From assembly GCA_035461025.1 (NCBI GenBank), contig DATHWA010000350.1, forward strand, positions 1-43,738: DNA of 43,738 nucleotides. The letters are read 5' to 3'. This DNA comes from Gillisia sp. (GTDB taxonomy: Bacteria; Bacteroidota; Bacteroidia; Flavobacteriales; Flavobacteriaceae). The notes below the pieces were generated by a model. The model was not told the origin of the DNA, made no database searches, and saw nothing but the letters and a program-made list of their open reading frames with translations. The position numbers and the translations under genes are program-made. Of this stretch, positions 7,871-16,769 are shown one piece after another (within the stretch, counting starts at the first letter, position 1; each line of letters begins with the position of its first letter).

Positions 7871-8617
7871 ATGAAAGTGAAAACAATTTTGATTTCTCAA
7901 CCAGAGCCTAAACTAGAAAATTCACCTTATTCTGAGCTGGAAGAAAAACAAAAGGTAAAAATTGATTTCATTCCCTTTATACACGTAGAAGGGGTATCTT
8001 CTAAAGATGTAAGACAACAAAAAATTGATCTTACAAAATATACTGCGGTAATCCTTACCAGCCGTAATTCAGTTGACCACTTTTTTCGCATCGCAGAAGA
8101 AATGAGGTATAAAGTGCCAGATACCCTTAAATATTTTTGTCTTAGTGAGGCCGTGGCCTATTATCTTCAAAAATATGTAGTGTATCGTAAAAGGAAGATC
8201 TATGTGGGAAAAAGAACATTTGCAGAGCTTTCTCCCTACATCAAGAAGTATAAAAATGAGAAATTTTTACTTCCTGCCTCAGACATGTTAAAACCAGATG
8301 TTCCAAAAACTCTTAACAAACTAGGGGTAGATTGGAAACAAGGAATTTTTTATAAAACTGTTGTAAGTGACCTTTCACATTTAAGAGAGGTTTACTACGA
8401 TATCCTGGTATTTTTTAGCCCGAGTGGAATCAAATCCCTTTTTGAAAATTTCCCGGACTTTGAACAAAAGGATACGAAAATCGCTGTTTTTGGCAACACA
8501 ACAGTGAAAGCAGCCAAAGACCATGGTCTGGTAGTGAATATACAGGCGCCAACACCGGAGACTCCATCTATGACTATGGCCCTTCAAAAATATATAAAAG
8601 AAGCAAACAAGAAATAA
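7871..8617 (+). CDS. hemD: Uroporphyrinogen-III synthase
   Basis: MKVKTILISQP, ILTSRNSV, LVFFSPSGIKSL: Bacteroidota HemD-type sequence. Confidence 0.85.
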   Translation: MKVKTILISQPEPKLENSPYSELEEKQKVKIDFIPFIHVEGVSSKDVRQQKIDLTKYTAVILTSRNSVDHFFRIAEEMRYKVPDTLKYFCLSEAVAYYLQKYVVYRKRKIYVGKRTFAELSPYIKKYKNEKFLLPASDMLKPDVPKTLNKLGVDWKQGIFYKTVVSDLSHLREVYYDILVFFSPSGIKSLFENFPDFEQKDTKIAVFGNTTVKAAKDHGLVVNIQAPTPETPSMTMALQKYIKEANKK

Positions 8618-8644
8618 AGATTAACTTCCCTACATTGTAATTAA

Positions 8645-8689
8645 GAAAGCCGGTAAAATTGTAACGAATTTGCCGGCTTTCGCTTGTTT
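8645..8689 (+). terminator. Intrinsic terminator after hemD
   Basis: GAAAGCCGGTAAA...TTTGCCGGCTTTC stem. Confidence 0.7.
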
Positions 8690-8878
8690 AAAACAGCCGA
8701 AAATCCAGGATTAAAAAGACATTTTTGCCGGATAACCTATTGATTTTATAATTGTTAAGTAACATTTAGCAAAAGAAACTAATAGAACCTTAACGTCGAC
8801 CATACTTAATTTTATGATAGCTTAAAATTACTTTCCGCATCATATCATAATATTACATGGCCAGCAAAACGGTTTATT

Positions 8879-9310
8879 ATGAGAGTTTCCCCTATTTTAC
8901 TTCTGGTGTTATGCCCGGCTATAATGAATTGCTCCAGCCCTGCAGTCGAATTATCATACCCGGATCCTGAATATTTTGAAGTTATCCTTGGAAAATGGCA
9001 TCCTTCTGAAACAATTTCAAAAGGTATTAGTTACCCCTATGGAGGACATGAAGAGTGCGGTCGGGATTTTTTGGAATTCAGCAGAGAGGGAATAATGAAG
9101 TCTGTTAATATCCTTGAATGCCGGGAAATTATAGACAATTCGGGTTTATTTAATGTAGTGGGTTATTTCCTTAGCATCCAATACGGTGAAAATGTGGAGG
9201 TTCAATTTGAAATAGCCAAACTGGACGCTTCATCAATGGAATTGATCTTTATTGATCATCTTGATGGGGATGGCATAGGAAAAGAAAGGAGAGTTTTCCT
9301 TAGGGAATAA
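8879..9310 (+). CDS. Putative lipocalin-like beta-barrel lipoprotein
   Basis: Signal peptide with Cys (PAIMNC-SS), ILGKW motif, paired Cys, beta-rich. Confidence 0.6.
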   Translation: MRVSPILLLVLCPAIMNCSSPAVELSYPDPEYFEVILGKWHPSETISKGISYPYGGHEECGRDFLEFSREGIMKSVNILECREIIDNSGLFNVVGYFLSIQYGENVEVQFEIAKLDASSMELIFIDHLDGDGIGKERRVFLRE

Positions 9311-9341
9311 AAAAATCCGGCGCCTAACTGGTCACCGGATT
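9309..9341 (-). terminator. Intrinsic terminator after pckA
   Basis: Minus strand AATCCGGTGACC-AGTTA-GGCGCCGGATT followed by a T run. Confidence 0.65.
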
Positions 9342-9364
9342 CATGTTTTTAAATATAAGAAATT

Positions 9365-10963
9365 TTACACCAACGGTCCTCCCGAAAGGATCTCCTCATT
9401 GGCATTTTCCTCAAATTTGGCGAAATTACTCTTAAATGAATTTGCCAGTTTATTTGCCTTAGCATCATAAGCCTCTTTATCGCTCCAGGTTTCCCTTGGA
9501 TTGAGAACCTCATTTGGAACATTCGGACAATCTACCGGCATTTTCAGTCCAAAAACGGGGTGTGTTGTGAATTCCATTCCCTCAAGTTTTCCCTCCAGTG
9601 CAGCGTCAATCATTGCCCGGGTGTATTTTAATTTCATCCTGCTACCTGTTCCATAAGGCCCGCCAGTCCAACCTGTGTTAACCAGCCATACATTAACTCC
9701 GGAATCTTTCATTTTCTTACTTAGCATTTCACCATAAACAGTTGGATGCAATGGCATAAATGGAGCACCAAAGCATGCCGAGAAGTTTGGCTGTGGCTCA
9801 TTAACCCCTGCCTCTGTCCCTGCTACCTTGGCCGTGTAACCGCTAATAAAATGATATGCGGCCTGGCCAGGGGTTAGCTTACTTATGGGAGGTAATACCC
9901 CAAAAGCATCTGCAGTAAGAAAGAAGATATTTTTTGGGTTTTCCCCTATAGAAGGAGTAACAATATTATCAATATGGTGAATAGGATAACTTACCCTGGT
10001 ATTTGGAGTGATAGAGGTGTCCTCAAAATCTACATCCCCATTTTCTTTAATGATAACATTTTCCAGGATTGCACCCGGCTTAATCGCCCTGTAAATATCC
10101 GGCTCATTTTCTTCTGTGAGATGTATTACCTTGGCATAACACCCTCCTTCAAAGTTAAAAATTGTATTCTCCTTCGTCCAGCCGTGCTCATCATCACCAA
10201 TAAGCCTTCTTTTTGGATCTGCAGAAAGAGTAGTTTTTCCCGTTCCTGAAAGACCAAAGAAGATTGCAGTGTCCTCCTCCGGGCCAATATTGGCAGAGCA
10301 GTGCATTGGTAATGTATCTTGATGTACAGGAAGCATGAAATTAAGGGCAGAGAATATCCCCTTTTTAATCTCTCCTGTATAACCGCTGCCACCAATAAGA
10401 GCTATTTTTCTTGTGAAGTTAAGTATTGAGAAGTTACCCTGGCGGGTTCCGTCTACAGAAGGGTCTGCTTGAAATCCCGGAGCGTTGATAACGATCCAGT
10501 CCTCTTTAAAATTTTTGAGTTCTTCTTCCGTAGGTCTCAAAAACATATTGTAGGCGAATAAATTGGACCAGGGATACTCATTCACCACACGAATATTTGT
10601 CTTGTAATTTTCATCTGCACAGGCGTAAGAGTCTCTTACAAAAACTTCTTTCCCTGAAAGGTATTCCACCACCTTGTCATATAAAGCATCAAATTTTTCC
10701 GGATCAAACGGAATATTAATATCTCCCCACCATACCCTGTCTTTGGTTTCATCATCTTTAACAAGAAATCTATCCTTTGGCGATCTTCCTGTAAATTCAC
10801 CGGTGTTCACTGCAAGAGCTCCGGAATTTACTTCAACACCCTGCTCTTTTTCAATAGTAATCCTGTGAAGTTCCTCCGGCGGGAGTTGATAATGCACCTG
10901 AGCATCACTAATTCCATAATTTTCTAACGAAATCGTTTTCGTAATTTGCTTGTTTGCCAACAT
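9365..10963 (-). CDS. pckA: Phosphoenolpyruvate carboxykinase (ATP)
   Basis: TGRSPKD, GLSGTGKTTLS, LIGDDEHGW, NFEGGCYAK. Confidence 0.98.
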   Translation of the reverse strand: MLANKQITKTISLENYGISDAQVHYQLPPEELHRITIEKEQGVEVNSGALAVNTGEFTGRSPKDRFLVKDDETKDRVWWGDINIPFDPEKFDALYDKVVEYLSGKEVFVRDSYACADENYKTNIRVVNEYPWSNLFAYNMFLRPTEEELKNFKEDWIVINAPGFQADPSVDGTRQGNFSILNFTRKIALIGGSGYTGEIKKGIFSALNFMLPVHQDTLPMHCSANIGPEEDTAIFFGLSGTGKTTLSADPKRRLIGDDEHGWTKENTIFNFEGGCYAKVIHLTEENEPDIYRAIKPGAILENVIIKENGDVDFEDTSITPNTRVSYPIHHIDNIVTPSIGENPKNIFFLTADAFGVLPPISKLTPGQAAYHFISGYTAKVAGTEAGVNEPQPNFSACFGAPFMPLHPTVYGEMLSKKMKDSGVNVWLVNTGWTGGPYGTGSRMKLKYTRAMIDAALEGKLEGMEFTTHPVFGLKMPVDCPNVPNEVLNPRETWSDKEAYDAKANKLANSFKSNFAKFEENANEEILSGGPLV

Positions 10964-11041
10964 AAAAGTTTAGGTTGTGTGTTTGTTTAGGCCTACAAAA
11001 GTATAGAATCTAACCCTCAATGCCTTGGAAAAATTTTTATT

Positions 11042-11431
11042 TTATTTGTTTTTTAACTTTATAAAGTGGCCCAATAGCAGAATCCAACAAAAGATTAACA
11101 AACTGCCCCCTACAGGTGTGACCGGGCCTAAATACTTAAAATCAATAGCCGTTAGATCATTAGTTGCCAATAAATAAATTGATCCGGAAAAGAAGATGAT
11201 TCCAAAGATCAGGAAATAAAAAATCCATTGAAAAACCGGTGCAGGATTCACCCGCATATTCCCTATTAACAATAACAAAAGCGAGTGATAAATTTGATAT
11301 TTCACTCCTGTCTCAAAGGTTATCATAGCTTCTGCCGTGAGCAGGGGTTTTAATCCATGAGCTGCAAACGCTCCCAGGATTACAGCAATCATCCCAAAAG
11401 CCAGTCCGGTAATATAGAATCTTCTGCTCAT
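11042..11431 (-). CDS. DUF423 (YgdD/TMEM256) membrane protein
   Basis: GAFAAHGLK, YQIYH, FSGSIY, GPVTPVGG. Start at ATG 11431. Confidence 0.88.
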   Translation of the reverse strand: MSRRFYITGLAFGMIAVILGAFAAHGLKPLLTAEAMITFETGVKYQIYHSLLLLLIGNMRVNPAPVFQWIFYFLIFGIIFFSGSIYLLATNDLTAIDFKYLGPVTPVGGSLLIFCWILLLGHFIKLKNK

Positions 11432-11508
11432 TTCAAGTTTTTTATGTCTAAACATTTTAATTACATTCGTGTAATCAAGCCTACAAAATTAATTAAGAAA
11501 AAGTTAAT

Positions 11509-12882
11509 ATGCGTCAAATACTGGTCATTGGAGCCGGAAAATCCACCTCAGTCCTAATTTCTTATCTTTTAAAAAATGCAGAAAAAGAAAACATAATCCT
11601 AACCATTGCCGACAAGGAGGAGGCGCAGGCAAAACGAATTTCCGGGAACCACCCGCGCGCTAAGGCGCTTGGTCTTGACATCTTTAATACTGAAAGTAGG
11701 GAAGCCGCTATAAAAAATGCCGATCTTGTCATTTCTATGTTACCTGCTCGTTTTCATATAGAGGTGGCAAAGGATTGTGTGAGATTTGAAAAAAATTTGG
11801 TTACAGCCTCTTATGTGAGTAAAGAAATGAAGGAACTTGATCCTATGGTGAAGGAAAAGGGACTTATTTTTATGAATGAGATTGGAGTTGATCCCGGGAT
11901 TGACCATATGAGTGCAATGCAAGTGATAGACCGCATAAGGGATAATGGCGGTAAAATGTTGATGTTTGAATCTTTTACAGGTGGATTGGTAGCTCCAGAG
12001 AGTGACACCAATCTATGGAATTATAAGTTTACATGGAATCCGCGAAATGTAGTGGTAGCCGGACAGGGAGGGGTAGCGAAGTTCATCCAGGAAGGAAAAT
12101 ACAAATACATCCCCTACCACAGGTTGTTTCGCCGTACAGAATTTATTGAGATTGCAGGTTTTGGAAAATTTGAAGGCTATGCAAACAGGAATTCCCTGGA
12201 TTACAGAAGTGTTTACGGGTTGGAGGATATTCAAACCCTATACCGCGGCACTATACGTAGGGTAGGCTTCAGCCGGGCCTGGAATATGTTTGTGCAGCTT
12301 GGAATGACAGATGATACTTACGAGTTGGAAAATTCAGAAGAAATGAGCTACAGGGATTTTATAAATTCTTTTCTTCCTTATTCGCCAACAGATTCTGTTG
12401 AACTAAAACTTCGGCACAACCTTAAAATAGATCAGGATGATATTATGTGGGAAAAACTGCTTGATCTTGATCTTTTTAATGCTGAAAAAAAATTAGGGAT
12501 AGTCAATGCAACCCCTGCACAAGCCCTTCAGAAAATATTGGAAGATAAATGGTCCCTGGCTGAAGATGATAAGGATATGATTGTGATGTATCATAAATTT
12601 GGATTTGAGCTTAACGGTGAGAAAAAGCAAATAGATTCTACTATGGTGCACATTGGTGAGGACCAACAAAGGACCGCAATGGCAAAGACTGTAGGCCTAC
12701 CTGTAGCCATAGCAGCCCTTGCAATCCTCAATAAGAAAATCACTACCCCGGGGGTACAGGTGCCTATTACAAAGGAAGTTTACGATCCTATTTTGAAGGA
12801 GCTGGAAACAAACGGAATAGTTTTTAAAGAAACAGAAACAGAATACCTTGGCTACAATCCATTGGGAGAGGTTGGGAATTAA
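11509..12882 (+). CDS. Saccharopine dehydrogenase family protein
   Basis: GAGKS, VTASY, NEIGVDPGIDHM, YKFTWNPR, MAKTVGLP. Confidence 0.9.
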   Translation: MRQILVIGAGKSTSVLISYLLKNAEKENIILTIADKEEAQAKRISGNHPRAKALGLDIFNTESREAAIKNADLVISMLPARFHIEVAKDCVRFEKNLVTASYVSKEMKELDPMVKEKGLIFMNEIGVDPGIDHMSAMQVIDRIRDNGGKMLMFESFTGGLVAPESDTNLWNYKFTWNPRNVVVAGQGGVAKFIQEGKYKYIPYHRLFRRTEFIEIAGFGKFEGYANRNSLDYRSVYGLEDIQTLYRGTIRRVGFSRAWNMFVQLGMTDDTYELENSEEMSYRDFINSFLPYSPTDSVELKLRHNLKIDQDDIMWEKLLDLDLFNAEKKLGIVNATPAQALQKILEDKWSLAEDDKDMIVMYHKFGFELNGEKKQIDSTMVHIGEDQQRTAMAKTVGLPVAIAALAILNKKITTPGVQVPITKEVYDPILKELETNGIVFKETETEYLGYNPLGEVGN

Positions 12883-12911
12883 AATATAAAATATCAAGTT
12901 AAGAGCGGCTT

Positions 12912-13382
12912 ATGAAAATAGTTGATGAAAAAGTAAGTATAGATGGTATCGACAAGACCATCCTTAATTATCTTATGGAGGATGCGCGAAAACCAATTCT
13001 GGAAATCGCCCGAAGCATTGGTATAAGTGGTGCAGCTATTCATCAACGACTTAGAAAACTGGAGAAGGCAGGCTTAATTGAAGGCTCCAAATTGGTGATC
13101 AACCCCAGGATCCTTGGATATACCACCCTTGCCTTCGTAGGTGTATACCTGGACAAAGCTGTAAGCAATCCACAGGCGGTAAAGCAATTAAGACAAATAC
13201 CCGAGGTTTTGGAATGTCATTATACTACCGGGAACTGGTCCATTTTCCTGAAGATCCTGTGTAGGGACAATGAACATCTTATGAATGTTTTGAATAAAAA
13301 TATCCAGGCAATAGAGGGGGTTTCAAGGACTGAAACTTTTATTTCACTAAATCAACAAATTCAACGTCAAATTAAGGTGTAA
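12912..13382 (+). CDS. Lrp/AsnC family transcriptional regulator
   Basis: N-terminal HTH (DARKPILEIARSIGISGAAIHQRLRKLE) and ECHYTTG ligand-binding domain. Confidence 0.92.
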   Translation: MKIVDEKVSIDGIDKTILNYLMEDARKPILEIARSIGISGAAIHQRLRKLEKAGLIEGSKLVINPRILGYTTLAFVGVYLDKAVSNPQAVKQLRQIPEVLECHYTTGNWSIFLKILCRDNEHLMNVLNKNIQAIEGVSRTETFISLNQQIQRQIKV

Positions 13383-13384
13383 AC

Positions 13385-13403
13385 ATTTGGATTAATTCTA
13401 AAT
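13385..13403. promoter_or_regulatory. Fur-family (Fur/PerR) box-like palindrome ATTTGGATTAATTCTAAAT
   Basis: 16/19 match to ATTTAGAATTATTCTAAAT, the Fur box I recall for Flavobacteriales. Directly upstream of the -7 box TAATTTTG (13410-13417). Confidence 0.55.
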
Positions 13404-13425
13404 AAGAAATAATTTTGCACCTGAA

Positions 13426-13734
13426 ATGAAATTACTACACCAGTCTCAATTCTTTACTTCGTACCAGTCAGATCGTGGACGCTGCTTCTACTTTGACTTT
13501 GGTCATAAGGTAATAAAGCTTACTTTTTGTCAGCTTCTTGCATTTCGGCACCAGGTGAGAACTATTGATCTTGATGCACATTTTGACGGGACTAATCCAC
13601 AGGGTTTGGAGATCCTTACGCTTTGCAACAGGGAACACATGTTCATCTTCAATACCCTGGAAACTGCAGATCTTAAAGAATTTGTTCGCGGGACTTTTGC
13701 GATGCTGGAATTGAATACTATGGTTTCAGCTTAG
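13426..13734 (+). CDS. Conserved hypothetical protein (DUF6686-like)
   Basis: Clean 102-aa ORF with its own promoter box, upstream of ferritin. Family recognition is tentative. Confidence 0.65.
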   Translation: MKLLHQSQFFTSYQSDRGRCFYFDFGHKVIKLTFCQLLAFRHQVRTIDLDAHFDGTNPQGLEILTLCNREHMFIFNTLETADLKEFVRGTFAMLELNTMVSA

Positions 13735-13826
13735 AAATTAATACCCTACTCTTACAAAGACTATTTCTAAATTGGGGTTCTTTTTGTGTGCCTTCTACAT
13801 TTTTGATTAACTTTAAAAAAAAAGTA

Positions 13827-14348
13827 ATGAAAGATCTGGTAAGACAAAAACTAAGTCTCCATGTAGATATCATGGACCTGTTGAACGAACAAATTCAAAA
13901 AGAAGCACATTCATCATCAGTTTATTTGGCTATGGCCTCCTGGTGTGACCATAACGGACTCATAAATAGCGCCAAATTCTTCTATGACCAATCATCTGAA
14001 GAAAGAGAGCATATGATGAAGATTTTCCACTTTATAAATGATAATGGCGGTACCGCCTACTCTCCAGAGGTATCTAATATTTCACACGAGTATAACTCTC
14101 TAGAAGAAATTTTTGAGACAGCTTTAGACCAGGAGATTGCGATCACCAAGTCCATTCATAATCTTGTGTTTAAGTGCAGAAAGGTTCAGGACCTTACATC
14201 TGAATATTTCCTGAATTGGTTCGTTAATGAACAGATGGAGGAAGAACAAACCTTTAGGCGGGCGCTTGAATTATTCGACCTTATTGGTAGAGAAGGAATG
14301 GCCCTTAAGTTTATTGATGAAAGGATCCCACAAATTAGGGAAGAATAG
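13827..14348 (+). CDS. ftnA: Non-heme ferritin
   Basis: Ferroxidase residues in LNEQIQKE..Y, EEREH, QE and WFVNEQMEEE. ATG at 13827. Confidence 0.92.
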   Translation: MKDLVRQKLSLHVDIMDLLNEQIQKEAHSSSVYLAMASWCDHNGLINSAKFFYDQSSEEREHMMKIFHFINDNGGTAYSPEVSNISHEYNSLEEIFETALDQEIAITKSIHNLVFKCRKVQDLTSEYFLNWFVNEQMEEEQTFRRALELFDLIGREGMALKFIDERIPQIREE

Positions 14349-14363
14349 ACATAATTATATTCC

Positions 14364-14398
14364 AAAAAAAAGGGGCGGTTTTTCAACTGCCCCTTTTT
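14364..14398. terminator. Bidirectional intrinsic terminator
   Basis: A8-GGGGCGGTT-TTTC-AACTGCCCC-T5 between convergent genes. Confidence 0.85.
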
Positions 14399-14422
14399 AT
14401 ATTTAATAGATTTAGCAGCTAA

Positions 14423-15115
14423 CTAATCCCTACCCAGGTATATACTTATAAAGTATAAGAGGGTTGCAAGGGAACCAACAGCAGCAACTACATAAGTACG
14501 TGCGGCCCATTTTAAAGAATCCTCGGCGGCATCATGCTCCTGCGCCGTGAGCATATTCTCATTTTCCAGCCATACAAGTGCCCTTTTACTGGCATCATAT
14601 TCTACGGGAAGAGTGATGAAACTAAAAAGGGTACCCATTCCATATAAAATAATCCCGATAAGCAGCACTGTTTGTCCCACTCCAACAGAAACCATGGTCA
14701 TAAGGATCAAACCACCCATAATGGCCCATTGAGAATATTTGGAGGCAACACTTACTACAGGCACAAGCTGACTTCTCATTTGCAACCAGCCATATGCCTT
14801 GGCATGCTGTATAGCGTGTCCAACTTCGTGGGCTGATACTGCAGCTGCCGCAGCATTGCGTTGTGTATATACAGCTTCACTAAGATTAACAGTTTTCTTG
14901 GCAGGGTTATAATGGTCTGTAAGCATTCCCGGTGTTGAGATAACCTGTACATCTGTAATCCCATTATCATGTAACATTTTCTCGGCGATCTCCTTACCAC
15001 TAAGGCCATTTTGAAGATGGACCTGCGAGTATTTCTTGAATTTGCTTTTCAATTTATTACTCACATATAAACTCACAATAAATATGAGCCCGGCAATAAC
15101 ATAGTATCCTAACAT
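14423..15115 (-). CDS. Membrane zinc metallopeptidase (YugP/Zn_peptidase_2 family)
   Basis: LTDHYNP, AHEVGHAIQH (HExxH), TLPVEYDAS.RA, AARTYV. Confidence 0.9.
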   Translation of the reverse strand: MLGYYVIAGLIFIVSLYVSNKLKSKFKKYSQVHLQNGLSGKEIAEKMLHDNGITDVQVISTPGMLTDHYNPAKKTVNLSEAVYTQRNAAAAAVSAHEVGHAIQHAKAYGWLQMRSQLVPVVSVASKYSQWAIMGGLILMTMVSVGVGQTVLLIGIILYGMGTLFSFITLPVEYDASKRALVWLENENMLTAQEHDAAEDSLKWAARTYVVAAVGSLATLLYFISIYLGRD

Positions 15116-15151
15116 AGATTTATTTTTAGAATTTTTTCTCGATTCAAAGAT

Positions 15152-15168
15152 AGCAAAAATCCCGCCAA
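15152..15168 (-). promoter_or_regulatory. Sigma-54 -24/-12 promoter TTGGCGGGATTTTTGCT
   Basis: GG-N10-GC spacing with TGGC and TTGC cores. Abuts the sigma70 -7 box TATCTTTG (15152-15145). Confidence 0.6.
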
Positions 15169-15334
15169 ATTATTTGCGATGTCACCTTGCCAGAGACCGG
15201 CTATAACCTTTTCTGAATTCTGATTTCCTGCAAAAATTTTCCTAAAAATGTGAATATGAATACAAACCATCCTACTCTTTTATTCTCAAATTAAGATATT
15301 GTCTATATTTGCATCACTCATCTATAAAAAACAT

Positions 15335-16042
15335 ATGCAATACAAAAGAATTCTTCTGAAGTTGTCCGGCGAGGCACTAATGGGAAACCGCCAATATGGA
15401 ATAGACCCACAACGCCTTAGTGAGTACGCTGAAGAAATAAAAGAGGTTACGGAGATTGGTGTAGAAGTCGCTATTGTAATTGGAGGTGGAAATATCTTTA
15501 GAGGAGTAGCAGGCGCGAGCAAAGGTATGGACCGTGTACAGGGGGACCATATGGGAATGCTGGCAACTGTCATTAATGGCCTTGCCTTACAAAGTGCCCT
15601 GGAAGATGCCGGGGTTCAAACCAGGCTCCAGTCTGCCATTAAAATCAATGAAGTGGCAGAGCCATTCATAAGAAGAAAGGCAATAAGACATCTTGAAAAA
15701 GGAAGGGTAGTAATCTTTGGAGGGGGTACAGGAAACCCCTATTTCACAACAGATTCTGCCGCAGTATTACGGGCCATTGAAATACATGCAGATGTAATCC
15801 TTAAAGGAACCAGAGTAGACGGAATCTATACGGCAGATCCGGAAAAGGATAAATTGGCGACCAAATTTGATTACATCTCCTTTGATGATGTACTCAAGAA
15901 AGGCTTGAAAGTGATGGATACAACTGCATTTACCCTTAGCCAGGAAAACCAGTTACCAATTATTGTCTTTGACATGAATACCCCCGGAAATTTACATAAA
16001 GTGGTTTCAGGAGAAAAAATAGGAACAAAAGTAAATTTATAA
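15335..16042 (+). CDS. pyrH: UMP kinase
   Basis: [31 protein letters not shown] at 15335 follows TATATTTG (15304-15311). Confidence 0.97.
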   Translation: MQYKRILLKLSGEALMGNRQYGIDPQRLSEYAEEIKEVTEIGVEVAIVIGGGNIFRGVAGASKGMDRVQGDHMGMLATVINGLALQSALEDAGVQTRLQSAIKINEVAEPFIRRKAIRHLEKGRVVIFGGGTGNPYFTTDSAAVLRAIEIHADVILKGTRVDGIYTADPEKDKLATKFDYISFDDVLKKGLKVMDTTAFTLSQENQLPIIVFDMNTPGNLHKVVSGEKIGTKVNL

Positions 16043-16081
16043 ACTCACTGAATACTTTATTCATAAACAAGCTCTAAAATA

Positions 16082-16636
16082 ATGAACGAAGAAGTAGACT
16101 TTATACTTGAAAGCACAGAGGAAAATATGCAGAAGGCCATTAAGCACCTTGAGAAACAACTGCTTAATATTAGGGCAGGTAAAGCCAGCCCTGCAATGCT
16201 GGGAAGCGTAATGGTTGAATATTATGGTAGCATGACCCCCCTTAATCAAGTGGCTAATGTTAATACTCCAGATGCGCGTACCATTACTATCCAACCATTT
16301 GAAAGAGGTACCATTGTGGCCATTGAGAAAGGAATAATGATGGCAAATCTTGGATTTAACCCAATGAATAATGGGGAAAGCGTTATAATTAGCGTTCCGC
16401 CTTTGACTGAAGAGCGCCGCCGTGAGCTTGCAAAACAGGCAAAAGCAGAAGCCGAAGAAGCAAAAATAGGGATTAGAAATGATCGTAAAGTTGCAAATAA
16501 TGACCTTAAAAAGGTAGATGTTTCTGAAGATGCCATGAAGATCGCCGAAGAAAACGTTCAGGAATTAACCGATACTTATATCCAAAAAGTTGACAAAATT
16601 TTTGAAGTGAAGGAAAAGGAAATAATGACAATTTAA
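16082..16636 (+). CDS. frr: Ribosome recycling factor
   Basis: IRAGKASP, VEYYG, PPLTEERR; follows pyrH. Confidence 0.97.
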   Translation: MNEEVDFILESTEENMQKAIKHLEKQLLNIRAGKASPAMLGSVMVEYYGSMTPLNQVANVNTPDARTITIQPFERGTIVAIEKGIMMANLGFNPMNNGESVIISVPPLTEERRRELAKQAKAEAEEAKIGIRNDRKVANNDLKKVDVSEDAMKIAEENVQELTDTYIQKVDKIFEVKEKEIMTI

Positions 16637-16674
16637 TTTCCGGATAAAAGTATTTCCTTTATAGAATTTATAAG

Positions 16675-16719
16675 GCTTCACAGTATTGAAAACAAAAATC
16701 AATATGGTGAAGCTTTTTT
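16675..16719 (+). terminator. Intrinsic terminator after frr
   Basis: GCTTCAC-AGTATTGA...TCAATATG-GTGAAGC-TTTTTT. Confidence 0.7.
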
Positions 16720-16769
16720 AATTAAATTACCTGCTGCTGTAGTGGCTAAGGACGTTAAATAAGAAAAAA

